From Balamuthia mandrillaris (taxonomy: Eukaryota), in contig JAVKOQ020000093.1 in assembly GCA_031835245.2 (NCBI GenBank), positions 1 through 64,000 of the forward strand: a stretch of DNA of 64,000 nt, read 5' to 3'. This document shows positions 39,473-51,883 of this stretch, piece after piece. Below the pieces are notes generated by a model, which was not told the DNA's origin, searched no databases, and saw only the letters and a list, made by a program, of their open reading frames with translations. Both the position numbers and the translations under genes were made by a program. Position 1 is the stretch's first letter. The number at the start of each line of letters is the position of its first letter.

Positions 39473-40245
39473 TTACCACCAATTTTGCTTTCCTGTGTTG
39501 TTGCACACGTGGAACAAAGGGAAGAGATGATAACGAGGAGAAGGCATTAGAGGAGAGAACGAGAAAGAGAAGCGAGAGAATAGAGAGTAGAGAAGAGCAG
39601 AGAAGCAGAGAGAGAGCAGCAGAGAAGGAGAAAAGAAGAAACAAAAAAATGAAAGAGCTAAGAACAAAACCTGTCATAGGGTCAAACTTTGGGAGAGGTT
39701 CTCCAGTCATAGGGTCAAACTTTCTCGGTTGATCAAAGGCTGCGTTCGATGGAATACCACCCGCAGAAGCAGCAGCGCTTTCTTGTTGCTGTTGCTGTTG
39801 CACCGCAGCACTTCTTCCATGTGGCACAAAGCTAACAGTTGTAAAGGGAGCGTCGCTGTCGTTGGAGCGCCCGGTCCATGAGTTCTCCGGGGTGCCTGAA
39901 CCAGTCATTGTTTGCGTGCTGGCGAACTTGTATCCGCTGCCGTAACATGGCTTACAATACACTATTCCTTTGTTCTCTGCAAAGCCTCCAAGCTGGCAAG
40001 AGCAAGAGAGAAAGAGAGAGTAGGGAGAAGTGAGAACAAGAGAAGAGCGGCAAAGGATCACAAGAAAAGCGTTACACAGGGAATAAAGGACAAGAAAGAA
40101 AGTAAAGTGATGAATTTTTTACTTGCAGTTGCTTGCCACACATGCGACATTTGAGACAAAGAGGGTGGTAGTCGTAGCCACCGGCAGACTTTCTTTCGGC
40201 AAAGTAAACCGGCTTGTCGCACATAGGACACTTCTTTGAACTCAT
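39473..40245 (-). CDS. Single-LIM-domain (CRIP-like) protein
   Basis: [59 protein letters not shown]-terminal KFDPMTG repeated twice, ending KQNWW. Three exons. Confidence 0.88.
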
Positions 40246-40319
40246 CTTTGGCTTTTCGGTTTTGTCTGCTGTTTGTTTTCGCCAACAACCTAATAGCTAC
40301 ATTCCCATTGTCTCTTTGT

Positions 40320-40740
<421 letters not shown>

Positions 40741-40759
40741 TTCGTCGTCTTCTTCTATA

Positions 40760-42481
40760 TCATTTTGTGGAATAGACACGAGAAGCCCATTTCACCAGAA
40801 AGTCATTCACAAGGCCAGGTCCAAGGGTGTCACGGGCGAGGGCCAACCCACCGTACATCGCCACCGAGCCTTGGCCCACGTACCTCTCCGGGTGCGCCTT
40901 CACCCTCTCCACCGCTCTCTCCAAATCCTCCAAGAACTTCTCCTTGAGCCTTGCATGACTGGGCATGATGGTCATGTGAATCGAAGGCGGCAACTGGTTC
41001 CTTTCGATGTGCCAACCCGCTGCTCCTTCCGCTTTGCTGGCCTCCTCCAACTCGTCCGCCACCGCCAAGACATCCACTCGGGAGGAGGAACATGCCTCGA
41101 TGGCAAGGATGGACATGGCTGGCTGGCCAACCACTTGCAGGTCCTCGGACAGCCGCTCCTGGATGCCCTCTCTGAGGAAGCGTGTCGTGTCCATGAGCTG
41201 CTTGACCGTCTCTTTGAAGCCCTCCACGCCGAGCCCCATGAGAGCAGCCCATGCTGCCGCAATGGATCCTCCAGCACGCGTCCCCAACAGAGAGGGAGAG
41301 ACAAAGAGACCTCCAGGCCACTCGCTGTAGGCGGAGTACTGATACTTCCTCAACCCGGTGTCGCGGTAGAGGACCACGCTGGCTCCTTTGGCTGCGAAGC
41401 CGTACTTGTGAACGTCCATGGACAAGGAGGTCACTCCCTCCACACGAAAGTCGAACCGAGGCAAGTCCTCCTCCCTCTCGGGAAGCCCGCACCGCTGCCT
41501 CTCCTCCGGAGACAGGAAGCGGAACCACGGCAAGACGAAGCCGCCGATGCAGCTGTCGACGTGCAGCAGGAGTCCGCGAGACAAGGCCAGCTCGGCCAAG
41601 GCAGGAATGGGGTCCATCACCCCGTGAGGGTAGCTCGGCGCGCTGCCGACCAGCGCGATGGTGTTGGGAGTGATGGCAGCGGACATGGCCTGCACGTCCG
41701 CCTCCCTGGTGTCGGGCAGGACGGCCACCCACTTCATCTTCATGCCCAACAGCTGCCCCGCCTTCTCAAAAGCTGGGTGCGCCGTGGAAGGCAGCACCAC
41801 CTCGGCCTGCCCTTTGGTTCTTCTGTTGGCGGCAGCAAAGTCACGAGCGGCCTTCATGGCACAGATGATGCTCTCCGTGCCGCCAGAGGTCATGTTGCCG
41901 CAGACTCCCTCCACGCCGCCCATCATCCATCGACACATGGCCACCACCTCCACCTCGAAGCGGCGCAGGTTCTGGAAGACCACCGGGTTCAGCCCGTTCT
42001 GGTGCATGAAGAGGGTGAAGGCGCGCTCCACCAAGAGCTTGTGCCCGGCCTCGAGAGGAGTATAGACGTAGGCAAAGGCCTTGCCTTCCTCTCCCAGCGC
42101 TCTGTCCTCGTCGGCCAGAGCTTCCATCAGAGCTACGAGTTCCTCTCTGTCCATGCCTCGTTCCGGCACACGTTCCAAGAAGTTGTGTTCCTCTTCAGCC
42201 CCTTGGGTGCTCCTCCTCCTCCGAGGGAACATGTCGCGAACGATCTCCTCGACCTGGGCGTCGAGCTGGTGGTCGATGGCCTTGCGAAGGGGAGGCAGGG
42301 AGGCGGCGCTGCCGAGGAGCCTCTTGGCGGCAACTCCTCCGTTGCGAACCAGGTACAAAGCGGCAGCCGCCAGAGTGAGGGCCACCCATGCATGCTCGGC
42401 TCTGCGAAGGAGAGGGTTGTTGTGGTCGAGGAACCGGCCGAAGAGAGAGAGGAAAGAAGATGAAAGGCTTGGGCTCGACAT
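40760..42481 (-). CDS. SGPL1: Sphingosine-1-phosphate lyase (PLP-dependent, group II decarboxylase fold)
   Basis: TSGGTESI, TAHPAFEKAG, GSAPSYPHGVMDPI, HVDSCIGGF, PLP-lysine motif SMDVHKYG and WPGGLFVSPSLLGTRAG. N-terminal membrane anchor; intronless. Confidence 0.93.
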   Translation of the reverse strand: MSSPSLSSSFLSLFGRFLDHNNPLLRRAEHAWVALTLAAAALYLVRNGGVAAKRLLGSAASLPPLRKAIDHQLDAQVEEIVRDMFPRRRRSTQGAEEEHNFLERVPERGMDREELVALMEALADEDRALGEEGKAFAYVYTPLEAGHKLLVERAFTLFMHQNGLNPVVFQNLRRFEVEVVAMCRWMMGGVEGVCGNMTSGGTESIICAMKAARDFAAANRRTKGQAEVVLPSTAHPAFEKAGQLLGMKMKWVAVLPDTREADVQAMSAAITPNTIALVGSAPSYPHGVMDPIPALAELALSRGLLLHVDSCIGGFVLPWFRFLSPEERQRCGLPEREEDLPRFDFRVEGVTSLSMDVHKYGFAAKGASVVLYRDTGLRKYQYSAYSEWPGGLFVSPSLLGTRAGGSIAAAWAALMGLGVEGFKETVKQLMDTTRFLREGIQERLSEDLQVVGQPAMSILAIEACSSSRVDVLAVADELEEASKAEGAAGWHIERNQLPPSIHMTIMPSHARLKEKFLEDLERAVERVKAHPERYVGQGSVAMYGGLALARDTLGPGLVNDFLVKWASRVYSTK

Positions 42482-42656
42482 GTGACTTTGCAACTTTCTT
42501 TCTTTATGTGAGAAAAAAAAAATGGAAAAGTTTGAAAAGAGAGAAGAAAGCTATAGTAGCTACTATAGAAAATGGTGGTTTACTGGCTTCTCCTTGCTGT
42601 GATGCTTGTATGCAAGGACCTTTATCTTTGCTGGATGCATGGATGCACAACAGGTG

Positions 42657-44390
42657 TTAGCTGAAGCAGTTCAAATGCGATCCTCCCGTTGCACGGCTTC
42701 TCCTTTGAGGAATGCAGCTATCTTGGCGTTGACCTCCTCCGTGTCTCTCCAGGTGGGGGGAGTGTTTGCATCGGGTGACCACCAGCGTGTGGGAAGGCCT
42801 CAAGCTCTGCACGTAAGCACCGAAGCAGGCTTTGAAGGAGACGATCTCATCCTCTTCTCCCCATATCAACAAGCTCTGCTTCTCTCCTTCTTCTTCGTCT
42901 CCTTCTTTCTTGCCTGTCTTCTTCCTCTTCGTCCTCCATGTATCACCTCCAACCGCTTCAACGACTTGCTTCATGGTCAACAGAGGGAAGTTGTTGAAAG
43001 AGTTGGCGAACGCTTCTGCAAACGCGTTCATGTCAAGCTGTGCTGCCGCCTTTTGAAGGACTTGAATGACGTCCTGGCAGGCAGAGGGATCCTTGAAGTC
43101 CTGAGCGGTCATGTCCTCGGACTCAAGGTCGAGCTCAGCTCCAAAGGGGATGGCGCAGGGCAACCCCACTGGCCCTATCAACACCAGCGATTCAACCTTT
43201 GTGTGGAGAAGAAGAGAAGAGAAAAAGAGAAGAGAAGAGAAGAGAAGAGAAGAGAAGAGAAGAGAAGAGAAGAGAAGAGAAGAGAAGAGAAGAGAAGAGA
43301 GAGAAGAGAAAAGAGAAGAGAAGAGAAGAGAAGAGAAGAGAAGAGAACGATGAAGAGAAGAGAAGAGAAGAGAAGAGAAGAGAAGAGAAGAGAAGAGAAG
43401 AGAAGAGAACGATGAAGAGAACGATGAAGAGAACAGAAGAGAAGAGAAGAGAAGAGAAGAGAAAGAGAAGAGAAGAGAAGAGAAGAGAAGAGAAGAGAAG
43501 AGAAGAGAAGAGAAGAGAAGAGAAGAGAAGAGAAGAGAAGAGAAGAGAAGAGAAGAGAAGAGAAGAGAAGAGAAGAGAAGAGAAGAGAAGAGAGGAGAAG
43601 AGAATGAAGCACGTAAAAGAAGAAGAAGACAATAAGAGCTATGAAGAACGAAAGCAGTGGACGGAAACCACAAGCCAAAGAAACCTTTTCAGGGTGCGCA
43701 GCGGCATAGGCTACGGCGATGCCGCCGCCCAAGGAGTGCCCTACCAGCGCGAACGGCTGAGGGAAGTTCAAGGCGGTCACCAGCTCGTCGATCTGTTGGT
43801 TGAACAGCTCTGGGGTGTGGAGCTTCGCTGGGGCACTGCTCTGTCCACGTCCATAAAGGTCGAAGCTTAGCACACAAAAGCCTTTGGAGCAACGCCACTT
43901 AGTTGAAGCAGTAGCAGTGGTCTCTTATTCGAAGAAGAAGCAGAAGAAGAAGAAGAAGAAGAAGAAGAAGAACAAGAACAAGAAGAAGAACAAGAAGAAG
44001 AAGAAGAACAAGAACAAGAACAAGAACAAGAAGAAGAACAAGAAGAAGAAGAAGAAGAATAAGAAGAAGAAGAAGAAGATCAAGAAGAACAAGAAGAAGA
44101 AGAAGAAGAAGAAGAAGAAGAAGAAGAAGAACGCAAACCTTCAGCGCTCAAATGAGCAGCGAGCCAAGTCCACCACTCCACAGAGCTGCAAGAACAGACG
44201 TTAGCATTGAGCATGATAGACCGCACACTACCAACAACGTTGCGAGTCGGTTCACCCACCCATCGATACCATGCACACAAACGACAGCCTTGGTTGCGCC
44301 TTCACTCCCTTGTGGCTGCCCAGCAATGCTGTACCTCACCCTCCCCTCGCTCAACCCCACAAACCCTTCCTTTGTTGTTTCAACCTCCAT
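42657..44390 (-). CDS. Alpha/beta-fold hydrolase (possible frameshift at the extreme C-terminus)
   Basis: VVCVHG, SFDLYGRGQS, nucleophile GHSLGG, LLIWGEEDEIV and HSPHLE. Four exons; introns filled with (AAGAG)n and (AAG)n. Confidence 0.85.
43208..43602. repeat. Intronic pentanucleotide array (AAGAG)n
   Basis: About 400 bp of near-perfect AAGAG units. Confidence 0.95.
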
Positions 44391-44508
44391 TGTGTCTTCT
44401 GCTTCCTCTTTTACTTAAAGAAGTTTCTGTGAATGATAAGAGCTACTATAGAGCCAACCTCCTGGTAAGAGCTCCTTTAGAGGGCCAACCTATATAGAGA
44501 GGCTCCTG

Positions 44509-45939
44509 TTAAGCGCCTGTTGGGTCGTACCGGTCCAATACGAACTGGTCTTTGTGGGTGTTGCACTGGTACATCAGGCAGCTCCCGCAATCCATGTCCC
44601 AGTGGTAGGGAAGCACGATGGAGTCCTCCCCGACCATCTGAAAGAAATGGTTCGTCATCTCCGCCTTGCAGAGGGGACACTTCGGGACGTACGGGTTGGC
44701 AAAGTGGTACCAGCAGGGCCATCCGCCGAGCTTGCTTCCTTCGGCCGCCGTCTTCTTCTGCGGGGAGGGCTGGGCCAGCGTCCAACTTTCGTCACGGTAG
44801 GCGTCAAGGTCCGGGCAGCTGGCGGCAAGCATCATGCGCAAGAGCTCCTCCGTGGGGTAGTCTGCACACTTGCGCCACCCAACAAGAGCCCATTCGTCAA
44901 AGAAGATAGCCAGTTCCTTTGGCGCTCGTGGCTCTTCTTCTCCTGCTTCTTCTTCCTCTTTCTTTACCTCTTCTTCTTCGTTTCTGTTCTGCAAGAAAGG
45001 CATGGTTCGTTCCACTTGTTTCAGGAACGTCGTTATCTCCTCTGGTAAACCGCTTTCGTCGCATTCTTCTTCCTCCTCCTCCTCCTCTTCTGCTGCTTCT
45101 TCTTCTCTTGTGTTTCCATCGTTTCGTTTTCCTCTTCGGCTCTTCCTCAAAAGGTTGTGTTGGAGAACGGCTTTGGCAGCCAACCTTTTCAGGCTCGACT
45201 TGGTCGAAAGCAGTGGTGCAACCGTCAACACTCGCACCTCTGTCTCGCTGGAGTGCAGATCTTCTGAGCAATGATTCTCACAATGAAAACATTGCAACAA
45301 CCTCCCCTCCTCTTCTCCTTCCTCTTCCTCTTCTTCCTGTTTTGCAAGCTCTGAAGAGAATAGGTCGAGAAGACGATCGTCCTCAGAGATAGGAGGAAGG
45401 TCAGCAGCGTACAGCTGAAAGAAGAAGATCATGGGCCGCTGGCAGTGGACGCATTTCGGCCAGGTCTCTTCCTTTGATGCAGAAGAAGAAGCAGAGGAGG
45501 AAGGAGTGGAAGGCAACAAAGGATCGACGCCACCGAAACGAGACAACCCAGAAGGGAAGGGTAGGATCAGATCTTTCTCGCTTCCTTCCGCCTTCTCCTC
45601 GCAGTAGTAGCCTTGGTCCGCTTCCTCGGCTTCCTTGTCCTCCGTGCGAGGTCGATGCTCCGCGTTGGCGAGCCGTTTGGTTCTCTTGAGGATGGGGAAG
45701 TAGCAGTACCGCTTGAGAGCGTCCCAGTCGACGCGCACCACCGTCCGTGCTCCCGCTGCAGTCGGCGGCTCGATGCGAAAGACCGGCTGGGCGCCACCTC
45801 CCTCGCGCTCGAGCTGCTTCAGGGCGGCCCGGAGACCGTGGGGCGTGCTGCTGTCGTCGTCGTCGTCGTCGGAGTGACCATCCGTTCTGTCCTCGAGCCT
45901 TGGTCTTTTGTTGTCGGGTGCGCTTGTGCTTTGTCCCAT
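44509..45939 (-). CDS. YwqG/DUF1963-like (PDCD2-C-like) protein
   Basis: Internal duplication SRFGG...WPKCVHCQRPMIFFFQL and SKLGGWP.W...PKCPLCKAEMTNHFFQM. Intronless; MGQSTS N-terminus. Confidence 0.75.
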   Translation of the reverse strand: MGQSTSAPDNKRPRLEDRTDGHSDDDDDDSSTPHGLRAALKQLEREGGGAQPVFRIEPPTAAGARTVVRVDWDALKRYCYFPILKRTKRLANAEHRPRTEDKEAEEADQGYYCEEKAEGSEKDLILPFPSGLSRFGGVDPLLPSTPSSSASSSASKEETWPKCVHCQRPMIFFFQLYAADLPPISEDDRLLDLFSSELAKQEEEEEEGEEEGRLLQCFHCENHCSEDLHSSETEVRVLTVAPLLSTKSSLKRLAAKAVLQHNLLRKSRRGKRNDGNTREEEAAEEEEEEEEECDESGLPEEITTFLKQVERTMPFLQNRNEEEEVKKEEEEAGEEEPRAPKELAIFFDEWALVGWRKCADYPTEELLRMMLAASCPDLDAYRDESWTLAQPSPQKKTAAEGSKLGGWPCWYHFANPYVPKCPLCKAEMTNHFFQMVGEDSIVLPYHWDMDCGSCLMYQCNTHKDQFVLDRYDPTGA

Positions 45940-46184
45940 TCTCTCTTTGCTTTTTTCTCTCCAGGGAGTCGAATGGTTAATTCTTGCTATCACTATGTGG
46001 CCAGATGGGCCATTGGAACACCGGTCCTTGTGAGGAAGAGGCTTTGCTGTTTGGCACACAGGAGAAAACTCTCCATCGTTAGTGCACTTCTGTGTTCGTA
46101 GCTCCACTCCTCTCTCCTGAAATGTGGGTGGCAAAGTGCATTTTATTTTTATATACAAAGCAAGAAAGAACACACATTCGCTTT

Positions 46185-46223
<39 letters not shown>

Positions 46224-46258
46224 CTGCGGTGTTGTTTTGCTTTCCAGTTAGTATTTGT

Positions 46259-48122
46259 TCACAAGGGCCAGTCAAAGAAAGAAGGCAACAATTGTGATGC
46301 AGCAGAAGTCAAGCTGTCCGGAGGGATCTCAAAGCCAAAGGTATCCTTGATGATGTCTCCGCAAAACACCAGCTCGTTCTGGCTGAATAGCTCTGTGCTC
46401 AAGATGATGTAGCCGACGTTGTCGTTCTCGTGCACTTCCAGGATCTCATCATCGGGATCCAACCAGGCGTACAGACAACGATCCAGTGGTTCCTGGATTT
46501 CTCGCCATGTGTCGTTTATGCTGCCCATGAAGCCATCCTTCCACACTTCCTCCAAGACCAGGTCTTCTCCAAACTGGTTGGCAGGATCGCGGAAGTCACC
46601 TTGGAAGAAGCGAAGCACCACATTTTTGGCGGGTATGAGACTGTAATCACGAGCATGGAATATCACCACAACGTTCTCTCCCGCCACTGGGTTCTCGTTG
46701 CTCACAGCCAAGGACTTGGTGAAATACTTATTGTCAGAGGGTTGGTTGTTAAGCACATCCCATCGGTATGGCATGTTCCAAGTCAGGTCCGGTTTGCTAC
46801 ACAACCACAAAGGAGAACAACAGAAACAGAAAGGTGAGGATTGGGGTGGAAGGCTTCAGCAACAAGAATGTGGTGGACGTACTTGTACACCTTCTCCCAG
46901 AAGGAGACCGTGCCTTGGGAGGTGCCTGTGGGGAGATACACAGCATAGTCTACGCACAGATAGCCCAGGTCTTTGTCGTAAAAGATGTAAGGCTTGATTT
47001 CGTAGGGATAGAGTCCTCCTTCTGGGGAAGCATTGTCCAACTTGATGGCAATTCTTGTGCTTTCACTGCAATGTAATCAAGAAATGTCAAACAGGCTGTC
47101 TAGTGTGTTCATTCTTCAGGAGGAAACGAAAGAAGCAGAGCGAGGGAAGTCATCCGAACCTAATGGTCATGCTGCTGACCTGGATATCTTCCGACTTGTA
47201 CTCTCCTGTGACTTCCAAGTCGAAACCCCATTTGCCCTTGGTTTTGGCACCATTGCCAAAGGCCTCAAGACCGTTCTCCGTCTCAACCACCAGATCCAAT
47301 CCAAATGATACACCCACACCGAAGGAGGTCTGGGTCAGCTCGGATTGCTCTTGGATCTCCTCCCACGTGACCTCGAAGAGGGAGGTGGTGCCTCCAAAGG
47401 ACTTCTTGGTGAAAGACTTGAGGGTGCGACCGCCAAGATTAGGCGGTGCATTCGCAGAGTAGGAGAAGAGGTTGTTCACTTCATTGAGCGGTCTCACGAA
47501 AGAATTCGGGCTCTTGAACCTGTATGTGGCAGAACATGGTGAGAACGGAGAAGACAGCAGAGAGGAGAAAATGCGAATACCCAAGGGCATGAAGTCGTTT
47601 TTCTTCAGAGCCATCAGGCAGACGCTCAGGCCAGATGACCACAATGTAGTCTGTGGGCTCCGTTTCAGTGAAGTTAAAGGAATACACGGGATATTCCCAC
47701 ACATCATACATCACTTCCGTTCGGATCAGAGCATCATCCTCCACCGCCTCAGTGAGGTCACTCCACACTTCAAGGCTTTCTTGCGCATTGACATTTTCAA
47801 AGTTTTTGCCATACGTTGTTTCCAGCCCCACCGTTACTTTGCCCAAATACACCTTTGTGTTGATCCCAATGAGGATAAGAATACTTCACAACACATCAAG
47901 AGAGAACGAGAGAATGTACATTAAGTTCAGCGCCAGCAGTCCAGCTCCGTTTGTATTCAACGCTGAAACGTGAACTAGTGCTTCTCGATGACTCAAAGCT
48001 GGTCTTCACAGCGATGTACCCAAAGTTATTGGGAGGATTTACGTTGACTCCGTACGCCACGCCATCCACAATGTCATAATGCCTTGGTGGGGCTGTCAGA
48101 TAACAAAACTCAAATTGTTAAT

Positions 48123-48167
<45 letters not shown>

Positions 48168-48171
48168 TGGT

Positions 48172-48208
<37 letters not shown>

Positions 48209-49689
48209 ATAGAAGAGGGAAAGGGGAGCAAACTTCGCAGAGAAGCGATCAGGTTGAGGACTTTGGGATATTTCCAGTGGCGAGGCTTTCCCAAACGCAC
48301 GTTCTCTGTGGCATAGTACACTCCCGTCAGGAATTCCTTGTTGTATTGTTCACTTGGAGCCTCCTGGCCAGTGCTACGACGGATGGTTTCCTGAAGGGTC
48401 ATCCGCTCTAAGGTAGACTCTTGAAACCAGCGAAACAGACCAATTTCCGTGGGACCCATCACCGCAATGTGTTCATGAAAGCTATTCAAAAAAATACCAA
48501 AAAAAAACATGGTTACTTTTGTCAACCAACGTTTAAAGAAAAAGAATCATCATTGAATAATAAGATAACAGAGAGTTACGCACATGCCCTCGGCCTCTAT
48601 TGGTTCCTGTTGGCTGAATCTTCCTATGGCCAGCGAAGCAAACATTAATTCAGAGTTGTCATTTACCACCAAGTTGCGGAGGTCAGACAATGGTTCAGCA
48701 GTCAAAGGGACAATTTGAGAAGGTTCCACTTGGGCCGCCCAAAGATACACGGTCCACGAAAGCGAATTGCTACTATCAGAGGAATCATCCGAATATGTGA
48801 ATGCAACCTTTCAAAGTCAATTGTAGAAGTTAGTTAGAGGAGTTGAAGCGACGACAAAGGTATCCTTTTAAAAACATTATGCCAAACCTCATCTCGAGTG
48901 TCGCCATTCAAATCGCCAATGACGATGTCCATAGCCATGTAATTTTGATGGAGCTTTCCGCCATCAAGCTTCACGGGAGGCGCTCCAACCTCCAGTTCTC
49001 CCTCTTCAGGATCCACCTTCAGGTGATGCAAATAGAACCCGGAATTGCTGTCCTGTTTGTGCAAATGTCAATTATTGTTGTTTTTGTTTCGGAGAAGGGA
49101 AGATGGCAAGAGGAGAGTATAGAGGAGAAAACAACAAACCACTCCGTTAACACCGAACAGTAAAGCCAACTCTTCCCAATCGGAGGAGAACAAATGACCT
49201 GCCGCCATTTGTCCATAGGTTGGATGCGGAAAATCAAACGTGAAGGAAGAACCGATGGAGAGCTGCATGTTCTCGTCCACCAAGATGATGTCCACGGTGG
49301 CCTCGTCCTCTGTTGTGAAGTACAAACATGCAAACTCTTCCAAACCATCTCCATCAAAGTCTCCCACCACCACTATTCACCAAAGACGAGCCAAGCAAGT
49401 GGTTAGAAGGATATTTAAAGAAATGTGATGAAAAGTAGGGTAGATGAGGAACCATCGCCTTGCTTGTTGTTTGGGTTGAAAGCATGAACGTTGTTGACGA
49501 TCAGGCTGCTTTCCAACTCAAGGAGATTGGTGCTCTCACTTCGAGAGAAAAGCTTGTAGGCCAATCTCCCCTTGTTGGTGCCTGACGTCACGAAGGTCAC
49601 CACCAATAGCTCTTCCGTTTGCAGGTCATAGGCAGCGGTAGGGTTGACATTGCCCCATGCCACTCCTCTCACCACTTCGTTTTGCTAAA

Positions 49690-49724
<35 letters not shown>

Positions 49725-50453
49725 TCAGGGATATTCATCGCATAATGAGATAAAATACGTACCACGCCACCAAGGCAACTTGTGACCTGTGTCGGGGGTT
49801 GGCCAGCCGCAAACTTGTCGTGCTTGGAGTCGAGGATCGTGTATGCGTTACGCGAGCACCCTTATTTGATTAATGTTTGTTACAATCAGTCAATTAAATA
49901 ACAATAACAAAAGGAACAAATAGGCACCTGTATCAGAGGTATAAAATACAACAAGACTGGTGTGCAAAGAGCCGTAAAAGTCGGGACTGGCAACCGCATA
50001 ACCCTGACTTGGAGCGGGCAGCTCGAAACGATACTCGTTGTTCCCGTCCAACATTCTGTACTCCGTCACGATCACCTCCACCGCGTCGGTCTGATCTCCG
50101 CAGTCCTAGTCCACGCACTTGCGGAAGCGGTTGATGACCACAAAGTTCTTGGCCTTGCTGAGCTGGTGGTTGCTCTGGAAAGGGTCGCTCATTGTATCGT
50201 TCTGGAGAGCGTCGTTGAGCTGGCGGTATTGGTTGCGGCCTCCGAACTTGGGTAATTGGCCTGGCTTATGACGAGGCACATGATGCCAGTCCTCGCCAAG
50301 GCGGCCGGGGCGAAGGCTGGCCGGGGCCAAGCTCTCATGCAGGGTGCTTCGTTCCCGAAGCGCATCAACCCCGCTGGGGATCCCCGCCAGAACTGCCACA
50401 ACAAGCAGAAGAGAGAGCGCCGGCAATCCCGCCGCCAAAAACTTGGTCGTCAT
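46259..50453 (-). CDS. Large secreted protein with FG-GAP/VCBS repeats and a C-terminal CARDB-like Ig domain
   Basis: Signal peptide MTTKFLAAGLPALSLLLVVAVLAG; VVGDFDGDGLEE and IGDLNGDTRDE; LDPDDEILEVHENDNVG. Many exons; internal junctions approximate. Confidence 0.7.
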
Positions 50454-50456
50454 CTT

Positions 50457-50538
<82 letters not shown>

Positions 50539-51883
50539 TTAGCCCTCCTTTTTCTTTTTTGTTGTTGTTGTTGCTCAGACTGAATATTGCTGTTTACTTT
50601 GAATCTTGTAGAGCTGTTTTATAGCAACAGAATAAGTTTGGCGGGTTGGTTGGGGCAAACTGTTACGTGAGAGTGAGCAATTCATTAATCCAAACCACCA
50701 ATCAGAGAAGGTTTTACCGTATATAACGTTCGCCGAACGAATAGGCAGAGAATTGAACCAGAGTTTCATCAACGTCATTCGCCAAAACATCGGCGGGATC
50801 CTCCAATCCGTCGAGGAACTTGGTGGTCCTTCTTTTGGCCATGCATCTCTTAGCCGAAAAGCTTTCGGACGCTTTGTTCTCTCTCTGTTTCGGGCGCGCC
50901 TGTGTTAATGTAGAAGGCCTGGAAGAAGAAGCATCAAACTGGCAGTGGGGGCATGTGCGGAGTTGGGAAGAGGCAGCTCTTCTTGCAACTCCGCCTCACC
51001 GGTGTAAGCACCGTCAGAAAGGGGCCTCCACATCTTGGCGGAGCCTTCCAACCCCCAGCAGCGGTTGTGGTAGTCAAGTGTTGTAGAGCCAAAGCAAACC
51101 CCTTTGTTTAGAAAAAAAAAAGAGAAAGAAACAACGAAAGAGCAAAAGAGAGAGAGAGAAAGAATGAGAAGGATAGAAAGATAGTAAGGAACTGAGTAAT
51201 AAATATCAAGAGCTGTTTGTCCCTTACCTCTGTTTTTTTGCTTTTGTGCGGACCCTAAAGAGCTTGCACGCTGCCACGTCCAACTTTGACTCCCTGGAGC
51301 TTCGTGAGCTGGAGCTCGCCGTCGAAATCCAACAGGCACAACTGTGGGGGCGAAAGAGAGGGACGAAGGGAGGAAGAACGGGAGATAGATAGTTCGGCAA
51401 AGGGAGGAAAACACCTTTGAAAGGCTTGATGTTAAGTGGTGGCACCAGCTTTTGTCGTTGTTGTTATATAAACGAAAGCGGAAGAGGAAGAAGAAGAGGA
51501 TGGAAGAGTTTGCGTACGAGGTGGGGCCAGACTCCACAGAGAGTCTGTTTCCCTCAGACGACATGAGTGGAATAAATTTATTTGTCGACACCCATTAAAA
51601 AAAAATGAAGTTTCGCAAATTCCCGCCAAAATATATATCCGGTTCAAAATGCAAAGCATGAAAAGAATGTTATCAACTCGAGTTCGTTCCTTTGCCTTTT
51701 TGTGGAGTAGCCCCCACGCTTCACCACCACCACCACCGAAGGCGGGGATGTTTTTGTCCTCTCTACAATGGCTGCACTGCAAAAAAAACGTAGCAACGTA
51801 CGTTGTTTTGGAAGCTGATCAGTAAAAAAAAAATGTAGCGAGAAACTGGGCTGCTTTGCACCAACAAGACAAAAAAATAAAAG

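Noticed and set aside
50650..51570. Possible small multi-exon gene on the minus strand (MSSEGNRLSVESGPT...)
   Set aside because: Splice-like signals exist, but I could not build a convincing stop-free model or recognise a product.
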